Below, piece by piece: positions 11,805 through 22,505 of a stretch of 26,748 bases of DNA. This DNA comes from Octopus sinensis (lineage: Eukaryota), in the NCBI RefSeq assembly GCF_006345805.1, contig NW_021834143.1, forward strand, positions 1 through 26,748, given 5' to 3'. Each line of letters begins with the position of its first letter. The first letter of the stretch is position 1. The notes beneath the pieces were generated by a model. That model saw only the letters and a list, made by a program, of their open reading frames with translations. It did no database searches and was not told where the DNA came from. The position numbers were made by a program, and so were the translations under genes.

Positions 11805-13379
11805 ACCCTGTTGTATTTTCTTTGATATTTAGTTGTGCTTTTGCTACGTAGCGAATAGCAAAACGACGAAAGCAAAATGGAGGAATATTTTCAGTGAAAT
11901 GTTGAAAAACTGGGAACTTTCAAATGAAATTTATAAATAAAACAACAGCATGAAAAAAACTACGATGAAAAAAAATCAGAAATTAAACTAAATCTCCACA
12001 AAGTTTAGTAAAGCTTCAAATATGAACGAAGGTAAATGCTGGAAATTGTTCATGCTTCAGATCGAATTAAGTAGAAGAGATCTATCAGTGAACCAGAAAT
12101 AAATTTGCTTGCTAGCCCGATGACATCTGCAAACTGTGTGCGGAGATTAATTGAATAAAGAGAGTTTCGTTTTCAATAGTTTGTGCTTTCCGCCAGTCTG
12201 CACACACAAAAACATCAGCTGTTTATTTCAAAATAAAATTAATTCGAAAAAGCATTTTAAAATATCTAACTTAATGAGTGGAAAGCTATTTTTTACATTT
12301 GGAATTGATTTGGAACCTCTGTAATTATCGCTATAATTGCTACTTCAAGACTAGCTTTCAGGCGAAACGAAACAGACGCGATGCAGCGAAGATACTATAA
12401 TCTTCGCCCTTTTGTTATTGATTTTTTTTGTTTTGTTTTCTTAACACCTTCCCTAGAGATAGCAGTAGTAGCTTATTTGTTGTTGTAGCTGTTGTTGTTG
12501 CTGTTGTTGTCGTTGCATTTGTTTATTGTTTTAACGTTTTCTTTATCCGGCAATAGCAGTGTGAAATGAAATCTAACTAACTACAGACTTTATCTTCAGA
12601 ACTGAATAAAAACGGTTGTTATTCAGAATTAAATATAGACTACTACGCATGCTAATCGATAGCTTGACACGTGATCAGAAATCGTCTGCTTATATGTAAG
12701 TGAACATAGCAATTATCGGCCGTCCATTTTAGATTGTATTATGGCTGATATATGCTAATAACATCATCGGTCTAATAAAAATACCTTTTACAATGATCAA
12801 TGAAAAGATCTTACCAATATTTCTTAAGACTCTGGCGTGACTAAACTTTGGAAAGCAGAGAATCAGACTTCATCAAGGACATCTTATTCAAGATATTATT
12901 CCACAGAAAGTCAATCCATTGATTGTTATATTAAAGAAACGACCAGGTTTTGTCTTGGTTTACATTCCATGTTTTACAAACGAAATACGAGGAAAAGATT
13001 GACAAAAGAAAAATAAATTTTTATGAAATGAAGAACTGATATCAATTCGATCGAAATAAAAGAACCAAATTCATAACTGGAATAAGGCCTTTACTCTTAG
13101 AAAGTGTGTGTGGGGGGGTATAACAAAAGCTGGGTCTGTGAGGATTCCTTGATTAGTTCTTAGCCATACTTATTCTCCTTTCTGTGGTCTCCACATATCT
13201 ATACTATATATATACATACATACATACATATATCTATATATATGTATATACTATGTATGTATCAATATTGTGTATCCCTTTTTCTCTGACTTTTTCCCAT
13301 TCCTCCGGTTTCTCTGACCCTCCTCGCCCTTCCCCCTCGTACCCCACCCCCATTGCCCCCCTCCTCCCCACACTCACTT

Positions 13380-13700
13380 TCCGTAAGTGTTCCTTTTAAG
13401 TTCGCCGCAGCAGTCGCTCAGGTAACATTTTTGTTTTACCTGGAATGAATAAAATAAATTAACACTTAAACTTTGGCGTCGATGTAATCGACTCTTCCCC
13501 TCCCCCAAATTTCACGCCTTCTGTCAAGCGCGTCGAACAAAATGCTCAGTGATGTTTTTTTCTGGCCCTTTATATCCTGAGTTAAAAAACCGACATGGGC
13601 GATTTTGCCTTTCATCTTTTCATGAGTACCAGTCAAGTACTAGCGTCAATCGGCTCCACTACTTCCCTGGAACTTCCCCTCCCCTCAAAAACTGTGCCAA
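13380..13700 (+). mobile_element. Two tandem decayed SINE family D copies (about 13380-13525 and 13527-13700)
   Basis: 'gtcgatgtaatcgact…cccccaaatttcacgcctt' followed by 'gcgtcgaacaaaatgct…ctgagtt…ttgcctttcatc…gagtaccag'. The string 'gcgtcgaacaaaatgct' also occurs on the minus strand of the 17150-17337 copy. Confidence 0.55.
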
Positions 13701-13914
13701 AATTTGTTGTTGTTGTTTGAAGATGAAGAGTTGCACAATGGGTAGAGTGCCGGATTAAAAAGTGGTATAACTATTTTGTAATATTTAGTTACCTCCCTTT
13801 AAGTCGCTCTTGCTAAAATGATGAGCCTCGCTTTGTATTGAAGTTACAAGTAAATATTGATGTTGCAGTTGTTGCTGTTGAAACTGTCGAAGATGCTGGT
13901 GGTAAGTTTGATTT

Positions 13915-14505
13915 AATAATGAAATTATTGTATACAGTGCTCAGGTGCACCACAACTTGTCAAAAGTGTGTATAAAGCATATGTAGTAATGTACAAATGT
14001 CTGAAAAGCGAACAGTGTATGAGTCAGATAGATGCTTGCGTGTGTATGGAGGGGAGAAAATCAGGTGAAGTGTTGACGGATCTCAGGAAGCATGGAAGTT
14101 TTGAAGGATGCAGTGCTCCGACAACTAACAACTGATGCCGGTAGTTTGTTCCATGCTTCAGCAAATCTTAGCGTGAAAAATGTTTCCAAAAGTCATGGGG
14201 GCTGTACTGTTTTCTGACTTTGTAAACATGTCCACGGGTTTTAGACGGGTGGAGTTTGAAAAGGTGCTCAGAGTTATTGTTTGTAAGATGGTTGTCTTTA
14301 TGGGTGTCTGCCAAGTCAGCTGCCAGACGTCGGAGTTTCAATGTTTCCATGCCCAGAGAAGTAAGGCGTTCAGAATATGGCAAATGCCTGATGGAGGGTA
14401 TTCTCTTGGTTGCACGTCGCTGAACGGCTTCCTGGGCAAGATAGGGGTTCCAGACCGGTGATGCAAATTCCAGGTGAGGTCGTGCCATAGCTATATAAAG
14501 CCACA
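13915..14505 (-). mobile_element. 5'-truncated CR1/L2-group LINE: RT C-terminus plus 3' UTR
   Basis: LYIAMARPHLEFASPVWNPYL…AVQRRATKRIP…YSERL…LETLKLRR-like…TRGHVYKVRKQ, then after a 1-nt frameshift near 14175-14180 FTLRFAEAWNKLPASVVSCRSTASFK…QHFT* (stop 14061-14063). About 145 nt of 3' UTR ends in aataatttcattatt. Confidence 0.88.
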
Positions 14506-14509
14506 GATA

Positions 14510-14850
14510 GATAGCCGGAGAGCTTAGATCAATTCTGATTAATTAGATCAATGATCTGAGACTCCCCAGCGGTGGCCATCCCGTCTGTAATTGTTATAGA
14601 AATGTCTGCTCCAGACTACTTTATCCAATGTGCCTTTTTAAGATGACAGATTTGGCTGCTATTTCTGGAAAATTAATCGAAGGCGAACAAGCTCCTTGTA
14701 TCATATAAGACGTTCCGAACGTGACCACCTCGTATAGTATTCATGCATTGAGTATTTAGAACTCATTAACTTATGTGTCCAGACGGTAGAGTGTGGTTTA
14801 TAAGGAATTAGGTGACTATGTCTAACAGGTCAAGCAACTACGCAAACATT
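14510..14850 (+). repeat. Interspersed repeat family C (about 14510-14715) plus a second partial 3' copy (about 14775-14850)
   Basis: 'ggccatcccgtc', 'ccagactactttatccaatgtg', 'atttggctgctatttct'; second copy 'gacggtagagtgtggttt…tctaacaggtcaagcaactac'. Confidence 0.6.
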
Positions 14851-14851
14851 T

Positions 14852-15159
14852 AAGTGCTGCTGCTACTGCTACTGCCGCTGCTACTGTTGTTGATGATGAT
14901 GATGATGATGACGATGACGATGTTACAACTATTATCATCGGATCACTGCTACTACCGTACTTACTCCCTGCTGCTGCTGCTGCTGCTGCCCAGTGACTGC
15001 CCCCCCTCCCACCAGCTATTTTATTCTTCGCTCCATTCATTCTTTAATTCTATTAAACATCCCAAAGTAATCTTTAAGATGACTTCCAATAATTATCGAC
15101 TGCTGGTTCTGTTTGAACAACAGCAGCAGCAGCACCACCACCACCAGCAGTAACAGCAA

Positions 15160-15202
<43 letters not shown>

Positions 15203-15210
15203 AGCAGCGG
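14852..15210. repeat. Trinucleotide mosaic (GCT, GAT, CAG, CAC, CAT)
   Basis: Directly visible. Confidence 0.9.
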
Positions 15211-15600
15211 TAATAATATATTAGCCATCAGCAAAGGTGAGAGGTGAGACTGTATATGTTTGATAAGTGCTGGAGCAGCTTTCATCTGTCCCACATTACT
15301 GCACAACTGATGTTGCTATCACTGGCTGCGTTCGCCGTTCACAGAAGCAACCTTATCTCGTCTCAGTGCATTTCCGAAACACTTGTTTAAAGACAGGAAA
15401 CAAAATAAATAGCATTTCGTGAACTTTCAGCAATAAACGGCTTTTAGACATCTTCAATGATTTCTTCTACTCGGCTTTATTCCATTGATATCATTGGTAA
15501 TACAATGGAAGAAGGCTGGCCTGACCTCTCCGCCACCGAGATATTATTCATGCGCGCTAAGATAAACATATGATTAGAGAAACTTAATGCAATATTCACT

Positions 15601-15614
15601 GTCCGCCATGTTTT
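15601..15614. promoter_or_regulatory. YY1-type motif (CCGCCATNTT) next to a GTCACA cluster
   Basis: gtCCGCCATGTTtt matches the established YY1 consensus; function not demonstrated. Confidence 0.25.
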
Positions 15615-15633
15615 ACTGACATTCATGATATAT

Positions 15634-15985
15634 GTTACAGCGTGACATATCGTGTCACACTGTAACGTATACGTTAGCATTGTCACACTTATTACAGACT
15701 TCATTGTGTGACATATTGCGTCACAAAAGTTATATACGTCACAGCCTGACATTTGTGTTACACTAATTAGACAAGTCAAAGCTTTACGTATTGTGTTCTA
15801 TATTGTGTTACATATTTTGTCCTATACTGTGTCACATACGTTGTATACACCACTGTCTGATATACGTTACTCGGATATATTGTCACATTCAACATATGCG
15901 TCACAACCGGTCACAATGAGTCACAACCCTTGCAAAATTCATCCTTAACAGTATTTCACTAATCATTTACGATAGAATGTGACAT
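15634..15985. repeat. Degenerate GTCACA/TGTGAC-rich tandem-like array
   Basis: GTCACA at 15654, 15682, 15720, 15738, 15831, 15882, 15900, 15910 and 15920; TGTGAC at 15707 and 15978; several GTTACA variants. Confidence 0.7.
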
Positions 15986-16031
15986 CCCATACTCTATGAA
16001 ATGACAAATTATGCCACATCATTCATACCAT

Positions 16032-16220
16032 GAAGGCATAGCCGTGTGGATAAGAAATTCACTTCACAATTGCGAGGTTTCAGGTTCAATCTCCACTAAG
16101 AGAAAGTGGTTTCTAATGCAGCTTCGAGTCGACTCAAGCCTTCTTAGTGAAACCGGGTGTAATGTGAGAGATTTATCTGCTATTTCTGGCAGGTCAAACC
16201 ACCACGTTGAAGCGTTCTCA
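16032..16220 (+). mobile_element. Decayed family A SINE head joined to a family C 3' segment
   Basis: A-box-like 'tagccgtgtgg', B-box 'ggttcaatctcc' (16083-16094), 'cgactcaagccttcttagtg', then 'ctgctatttctggcaggtcaaaccaccacgt'. Confidence 0.5.
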
Positions 16221-16466
16221 TGTCTGGAATTCAACACGTGTTCGATTATGGCCGACCGATCTCAGAGAATCTATAACGGAAAGAACAAATCTCAGATCTT
16301 AAAAATTTTTTTTTTCCATTTCGTCACTATAAACCTACTCTTTCTCCGCCTTGCTCTTTCACTTCCCTTTTCTGTATTTCCCTCTCTGTCCCTCTTTTTA
16401 CTTTCCTCTTCTCGTCTTCTTTCTCTTCCTCCCTCCCTCTCCCCCTCTCTATCTCAAGAGAGCAAA

Positions 16467-16610
16467 TAGGTAGAATGGTTAGAGCGTTGGAGCGAATGCA
16501 TTGCGGTATTTGTTCTGAGTTCAAATCCTACCAACGTCATCATTTCAAGGTCGATAAATAAAGTACCAGTGCAATAATATATAATTCTGGTGTCGATAAA
16601 TCGTTCTTCT
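16467..16610 (+). mobile_element. tRNA-derived SINE family D
   Basis: A-box-like 'gtagaatggttagagc', B box 'gagttcaaatcc' (16517-16528), body 'ggtcgataaataaagtaccag'. Confidence 0.65.
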
Positions 16611-16627
16611 CTTTCTTTTAATTCTTT

Positions 16628-16629
<2 letters not shown>

Positions 16630-16697
<68 letters not shown>
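16630..16697. repeat. (CT)n microsatellite
   Basis: Directly visible. Confidence 0.97.
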
Positions 16698-16699
<2 letters not shown>

Positions 16700-16964
16700 C
16701 TCCGCCCTCCTACTCCACCTTTCTCACAAAATCGACAAAACCCAACAAGGGGTTAAGCCCCGATTCCTGAACAAATTTATTTCAAAACTCAAAACCCGAA
16801 CCAACAAATCCTTCGACAATTTCCTCAATTTCTTTTTATTAGCTCTATTCATTGAATTGTTTTTAAGTTATTGCTGTTGTTGTTGTTGTTGATGTTGCTG
16901 ATGTTGTTGCTGTTGTTGTTGTTATTGTTGGTGGTGTTGTTGCTGCTGCTGTACTTATTGTTGT

Positions 16965-17110
16965 TGTTTAGCCCCAGGTCAGCCCAGATTGAGCAAATTT
17001 AGAATCAAAGGTGTTTCAAAAGTAAAAAAATGGTCTTCTTATACATCTAGAACTACAATGCCTTGATTTGAGGCTATTTGGCTGCTGTGTCTGGGAAGCA
17101 GAATGCCTGT
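16965..17110 (+). repeat. Interspersed repeat family C preceded by (GTT)n
   Basis: gttgtttagccccaggtcagcccagattgagcaaa…atcaaagg…ctagaactaca…atttggctgctg. Confidence 0.6.
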
Positions 17111-17149
17111 GTAGATTTTCTCATGATGGCTCATTCATTCATTGGACCA

Positions 17150-17337
17150 CGGTCATACTGGGTTTTAGTCAAATTAATTGACCTCATTACTTTTCCCGTA
17201 ATTTACAGAGCTCCCCCCCACCCCCGGAGGAAGGGAAAGAATTTGACCCGGGTGCTATTTGAACTTGATGCATAATGCGACGCTGCCAAATATGACAAAG
17301 CATTTTGTTCGACGCTCTACCAACTCTGCCATCCACC
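17150..17337 (-). mobile_element. tRNA-derived SINE family D
   Basis: Minus strand ggcagagttggtagagcgtcgaacaaaatgct…aagttcaaatagc shows an A box and a degenerate B box. Confidence 0.55.
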
Positions 17338-17849
17338 CAATTGTTTATTATTAGACTAATCCAATTTACCTGCTATTATCGAACTAATCCAATCAATCAT
17401 TGATCAAGTCCTGTCCCTCACAAATACTCATTCACTAATAAATATTTATGTCATCCTATTTTAGACGCCATCTTAAAAGCAAGGTTTTTCAGTAAATCTC
17501 CATTATTTTATTCAATATATAATCCATATTTCCTGGCCGATGAATAGAAACTTATTCTGAAATACGGCTACTAATTAATATACATTGATAATTTATCAAA
17601 TACGGCCACTAATTAATCTGGTTTTTCTATAAATTATATTTCCGGCCTATAATATCATTAACCAAGCAGGCCATTACCAACCTCGAAGTCGATGTCTTCG
17701 CTCAACAAACATTTTAAATATCTCGCTCATTATTTCAATGTTATAAACTTTATCTACAAATTGCCAAATGGATTTTTGGCCATGTTGTTGTTGTTGCTGC
17801 TGCTATTACTGCTGTTGTTGTTGTTGCTGCTGCTTTTGCTGTTGTTGCC

Positions 17850-18050
17850 TCAGATTACCATTCACTGAACAGATCAACGGCCAAAGACATTCCAGCAGTG
17901 ACCATCCCGTCTGTTTCGACGTACTTTATAGTATTACACTGTCCAATGTTCGTCTTCCTTATTTAAGACAATAAAGTGTGATTTGCAAGTACTTTGACTG
18001 CTATTACTAGCCAGTAGAGCAACTATGCAGAGGGGCCCTAGTTGGCCCGT
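17850..18050 (+). repeat. Interspersed repeat family C preceded by a (GTT/GCT)n tract
   Basis: 'acattccagcagtgaccatcccgtc', 'tgtccaatgt', 'agtgtgatttg', 'tgactgctattactagc'. Confidence 0.65.
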
Positions 18051-18219
18051 ACACTTTTAGGTAACCACGCTAGTATCTGGGGAACATCAGTTGTGTGAAG
18101 GCTTCTGCCCTTGGTGATGAGGGCGATCCTGGGATTGTAAGATTCCTTGATTAGTCATAGATGGCGGAGGGCCTCCTGTATCTAGACAATTGCATAATCA
18201 ATGGGTTCGCATATTTTGC

Positions 18220-18540
18220 ATCGTTGTCGTGGCACTCCGTCAGTTACGACGACGAGAGTTCCAGTTGATCGGGTCAATGGAACAGCCTACTCGTGAAATT
18301 AACATGCAAGTGGCTGAGCACTCCACAGACACGTGTACCCTTAACGTAGTTTTCGGGTAGATTCAGCATGACACTGTGTGACAACGCTGGCCCTTTGAAA
18401 TTCAGGTAGAGTGAGGGAAAGTTGTGGTGAAATAGTACAGCAGAGTTCGCCACCACCCCCTGCCGGTGTTTTCACTCAATAAACACTCAGAACGCTCGAT
18501 CTGGGAATCGAAACCACTATCCCACGACCGCGAGTAACCC
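18220..18540 (-). mobile_element. 5'-truncated tRNA-derived SINE (family E) fused to the R4 5' fragment
   Basis: Minus strand has B box GGTTTCGATTCC (18504-18515) but no A box, a relatively GC-rich body (…gaatttcaaagggccagc…gtggagtgctcagccacttgc…tcgtcgtcgtaactgacggagtgcc) and a short acgacaacg tail. Recognised as a common octopus repeat from memory. Confidence 0.7.
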
Positions 18541-19657
18541 TTCATTCTTTGATCGTATCTTACCATCTTTGCTTTCTTTGCAACGAGGCGCTGTTTCGGT
18601 TCCTCCACTACTACTTTGAGGCCCTTTCTTTCAATATTATATTTCCTTTTCAGCGCCCTGTATTTTTGTTAGCTTTTAAGCTCCCCTTTCTCTTTTCGGT
18701 CTAACACAGATTTCCTTCGAGAGCATGTCTAACCCTGCCTGGATTCTTCTTTTCTACCATGGATCTTTCCTTTTGTCACTCCCATTATGTTTCTTTTTCT
18801 TGACATCGACACCCACATTTTCTGCTACAACAATACTTGCTGCCTTGATCAAATTATTTGTTTCTCTGATGTTGTTTGTTCTGATGTAATTCAGAATTTC
18901 ATTCACATTTTTCGTTTCTTGGTTCAATTTCCATCGATCAACCTGTTTAAGGTTGCAAATAATGTCGCTACCGTTCTCCTGTAGTCTTACCTTTATTCTG
19001 TCGTAGATTGCCTTTTGTTCATCTGTCATGTCGCCATTAGTTTCATCGTCTTCTTTTAGATCATCTATATGTCTCTCATCAAGTAAACTACCACTGCTCC
19101 TTTCCTGTGCTATGGGATTACTCTTATTAGTAAAAACTGTATTTTTATTCTTATCTATGCTGCTATTGTCCATGACCCGTCTTTTGATAGCTTCGAGCTC
19201 TACTGTGAACCAACAATTTTTTCTTATTGCTTTAGCTTGATCACATAGTCTCTGTTCTGTGAGTTGAAACAATCCCTTTTCCCTCCAATGATCATACATA
19301 CGTTGTCGGTAACCCCTAATTTGAGTACCAGTTTCATCTACCGGGTTGCTCAGGTAGTAATACTCCATGACCACAGCATTAATTTGTTAGCTCCATATCC
19401 GCCGTGTGTGATGGTCCCTTTCTGGATATCGACAGGCTGGAGTTGGACCAGAATATCCGAGCCTACCGGGTGTAACACTGTCACCATCATTGGCTTCAGT
19501 TTCATTACCACCGTTATTCACAGTATTCTGTTTTTTCATTGTCACTCATATGAGGTAGCGATTATCAGGTTGCGCAATTACCAGTGTTTTTATTGTGATA
19601 TCCTCACTAGATATATCATTATGGGCCCATAAGGAGGCTCCACCCGTTTCCTATCAT
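18540..19657 (-). mobile_element. 5' portion of an R4/Dong-clade non-LTR retrotransposon (5' UTR plus about 330 N-terminal codons, pseudogenised)
   Basis: ATG at 19539, then MKKQ…CRYPERDHHTRRIWS*QINAVVMEYYYLSNP…RGYRQRMYDHWREKGLFQLTEQRLCDQAKAIRKN…ETNNLIKAASIVVAE…KDPW*KRRIQ…KYNIERKGLKVVVEEPKQRLVAKKAKMVRYDQR. These are typical R4-clade N-terminal motifs. In-frame stops at 19387-19389 and 18754-18756, frameshift near 18700. Confidence 0.78.
19553..19657 (-). ncRNA. Candidate degenerate HDV-like self-cleaving ribozyme at the R4 5' end
   Basis: AGCC-TCCTTATG-GGC has the same P3/L3 geometry as HDV AGCC-UCCUCGCU-GGC. GGGTGG (19645-19640) can pair with CTACCT (19558-19553) as P2. P1 is imperfect and the catalytic C is not evident. 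Confidence 0.35.
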
Positions 19658-20209
19658 TATTATTACTATTATCATCACTGATATCACTGGTATTATTGTT
19701 TTCATGTGAAGTAGCAGTGGTTGCAGCAGTAGCAACAGGCCGTTCAAGAATTTGGACCTGGGGATCTCCATTTCCAGCGACTTCCAGTGGTGTCGGGCGT
19801 CAACAAAGAGCCCTCGACTACAACAAGACGATCCAATTTTTTTTCCAAGGTCTGGGGGTCTCCCGCCCCTAAGCCCTAGACCATCACTTAATCACCTTTA
19901 CCCGCTTAACACCAACAGCAACAGTAACAGTGGTTAGGGTAGTTGGGCCTCAGATTCCTGTGCTATCATAATAGTAGTAGTTGTAGTATTATTGTAGTAT
20001 TAATAGTATTTAGTATCAGCAGCTGTAGCATATTATCATTATGTATATTATTATTATTATTGCTGTTGTTGTTGTTGTTCTATCATATCGCTCAATAATA
20101 AAGTCATCAGTGATTCTCGTTCTGTCACCGGATTCGTTATTTTTCTCTCCCAAATTGTTGTTGACGAATCTAAACATTTACTTTTGTTCATATTACAAAT
20201 CTGTGCGCT

Positions 20210-20214
<5 letters not shown>

Positions 20215-20307
<93 letters not shown>

Positions 20308-20772
20308 ATCTGTCTCTCACTCGCTCCCTCTTTCTCCATATATTTATATATATATATATATATATATGCATACTTAAATGCACACGTAAAACATGAATAG
20401 ATGCATAAATATACAGACTTTTCCACATATCTATTTACATATATGTACATACTTACACGTATGTATGTATTATATGTATGTATATATATATATACACACA
20501 CACATACCATACACACATATACGTATACTGAACATACTGACATAGAAACGTGTGTGTGTGTGTGTTATTTGTATAAATAATGTAATTTAATAGATTATGC
20601 TTAAGCAGATGCCTTAATTTCTAATGACATTGGCTACACACAAAATATTTATGTCAATATTATTCTTGATATTTAATAAAATTCAAATTAAAATCCAGTG
20701 TTATTGCTGAAAACGTTGTCAACGATTTAAAAATAACGAACTTGATGAGAACAAGAGAGAAAATGCATACAC

Positions 20773-20818
<46 letters not shown>

Positions 20819-20954
20819 CAAAACAAATGTGTACGTGTGTGTGTTTATATTATATAGATAGATATACGCATATATATATATACATATATCTATCTCTCTA
20901 TCTCTCTCTATGTATATGTATGTGTATATGTATGTACATGTGTATATATATGTC

Positions 20955-21010
<56 letters not shown>

Positions 21011-21017
21011 CACACAC

Positions 21018-21051
<34 letters not shown>

Positions 21052-21357
21052 ATTGAATAACGATATTGATTCTTCTATAAATCTTTTTCTTTTTTATTTG
21101 TAAAGCAAATAATATATTTCCTTAGTTTTGTCGCTGTCGTTGTTGTCGTTGTTGTTATTATTATTTTTATTATTTTATCATTATTATGTCAGCTTTTCTG
21201 CTCTTTGCGTTGTTGTTGTTGCTGTTGTTGTTGCTGTTTTTGTTGTTCTGATTGTTTTGTGACTGTTGCGCCGGTCTTGTCTGCCCTTCATTCAACCATC
21301 TGTGAGCCATTTCTGCTGCGAACTATTCAGTTATTATAATAACAATGATGATGATGC

Positions 21358-21412
<55 letters not shown>

Positions 21413-21516
21413 AGTGGTTATGGTGGTGGTGATGACAACGGCCGTGTTGGTGGGGAGGGAGAGGAAGGAAGAGGAAAAGAAGAGTTGGGAGAGGAAAAGA
21501 GGAGGAGGAAGAGGAA

Positions 21517-21547
<31 letters not shown>

Positions 21548-21610
21548 AGAAGCGCAGAAAGGAGAAGAGAAAGATGATAAGGACGGTGATGATGGTGATG
21601 ATGATGATGG
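20215..21610. repeat. Microsatellite and low-complexity mosaic: (CT), (TA), (CA), (TG), (GTT), (GCT), (GAT), (GAG/GAA)
   Basis: Directly visible; interspersed with short unique segments. Confidence 0.9.
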
Positions 21611-21742
21611 CGCATCGCATCATTCACAGGAGTGATCCGTACTCTGGAAATACATCTTCGCTAATAAAACTTGTTCATTCCCATGTTTTGTTGTTTCTGT
21701 TTTTGTTTTTTGTTGTTGTTCGGACGGTCACGTGTGCTGCAG
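21607..21742 (+). CDS. Speculative first coding exon of a secreted or membrane protein
   Basis: atgATGG start context, MAHRIIHRSDPYSGNTSSLIKLVHSHVLLFLFLFFVVVRTVTCAA, phase-1 donor GCAG|gtagaa. The hydrophobic core is encoded by a G/T-rich low-complexity tract, so this may be fortuitous. Confidence 0.2.
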
Positions 21743-22086
21743 GTAGAAGACAATTGTCCATCGTTCGTCGGTTGATCTGCAACATTATTCAGTCCGAGCA
21801 GTGATCCGTTCAGAGCACGCAACGACATTACTTTTCATTGTTAATCATTTCTGCTGTTCGAGGAGAGCGAGACAACAACAAAAGGACGGAACAATACTTG
21901 AAAAACAAACACACAAACACACACAAAAAACACAGGATCGACGTTGCTATTAAAATCTTAAAGGAATCACATCTTGAAACCAATTAAAACCAACGCATGT
22001 GTACTATTTGACCTGTTGATGTCTATCTCTTCATTTAGAGTTTGACGACTTTGCTAGGAGTAAGATCAGTGTTTGAAAGAAAGCGG

Positions 22087-22205
22087 ATAAAGTCGAATGG
22101 ATCTTCGCCATTGTATAACTGGTATATATTTTGTGAACCACAGGGTATGACGGTTAAAAGTAATTTCAACGGAATAATTCGAGATCTTAAATCCGTGAAA
22201 CCGAA
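22087..22205 (-). mobile_element. Decayed SINE family D
   Basis: 'agtcgaatggatc…aactggtatatatt' is the reverse complement of the family D 'gtaccag…gatgtaatcgact' segment. Confidence 0.4.
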
Positions 22206-22429
22206 ATAAACGAAACTGCATTTTTTTTTCTGCTAATTCCATTGAAAGACTGTTTTTAATGTTTCGGATAAATTATCCTCGTTAAATGGTGGAAAAGAGA
22301 ATCGCGAGATGTAAAAGAGTGTCCTGCAAAAATATTGGTCTTTTATAATCTGCAAGAACGGAATTCAAGATGAAAATAATTTCTCTCGCAGATTTAAGAA
22401 ATATTTTGTTCCTTTTACCTAAAAGTTGA

Positions 22430-22505
22430 ACGGACACAATTTTAATACCTTTGATCAAAGATCTGGTCAGTCAGGAATAACCGTGGGTTAAACAACAACA
22501 ACTTG
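22430..22505 (-). repeat. Family C 5' part with (GTT)n leader
   Basis: Minus strand gttgttgttgtttaacccacgg…cctgactgaccagatctttgatcaaagg. Confidence 0.5.

Noticed and set aside
15574-15609. Strong-context minus-strand ATGs in the YY1 motifs (MADSEYCIKFL* here; MAEYLSRKRSTF* starting at 24011)
   Set aside because: Both stop within 12 codons and have no convincing splice donor.
18190-18228. RCKICEPID on the minus strand after the SINE tail, resembling the R4 CCHC finger
   Set aside because: His and the last Cys are absent and a stop follows immediately; likely chance.
19690-19850. Minus-strand LEKKL … PQVQILERP resembling the SZRD1 N-terminal motifs
   Set aside because: It requires a frameshift, has upstream stops, and the SUZ core (RExEYAxARxRI) is not found. 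A tblastn search would be needed to revive it.
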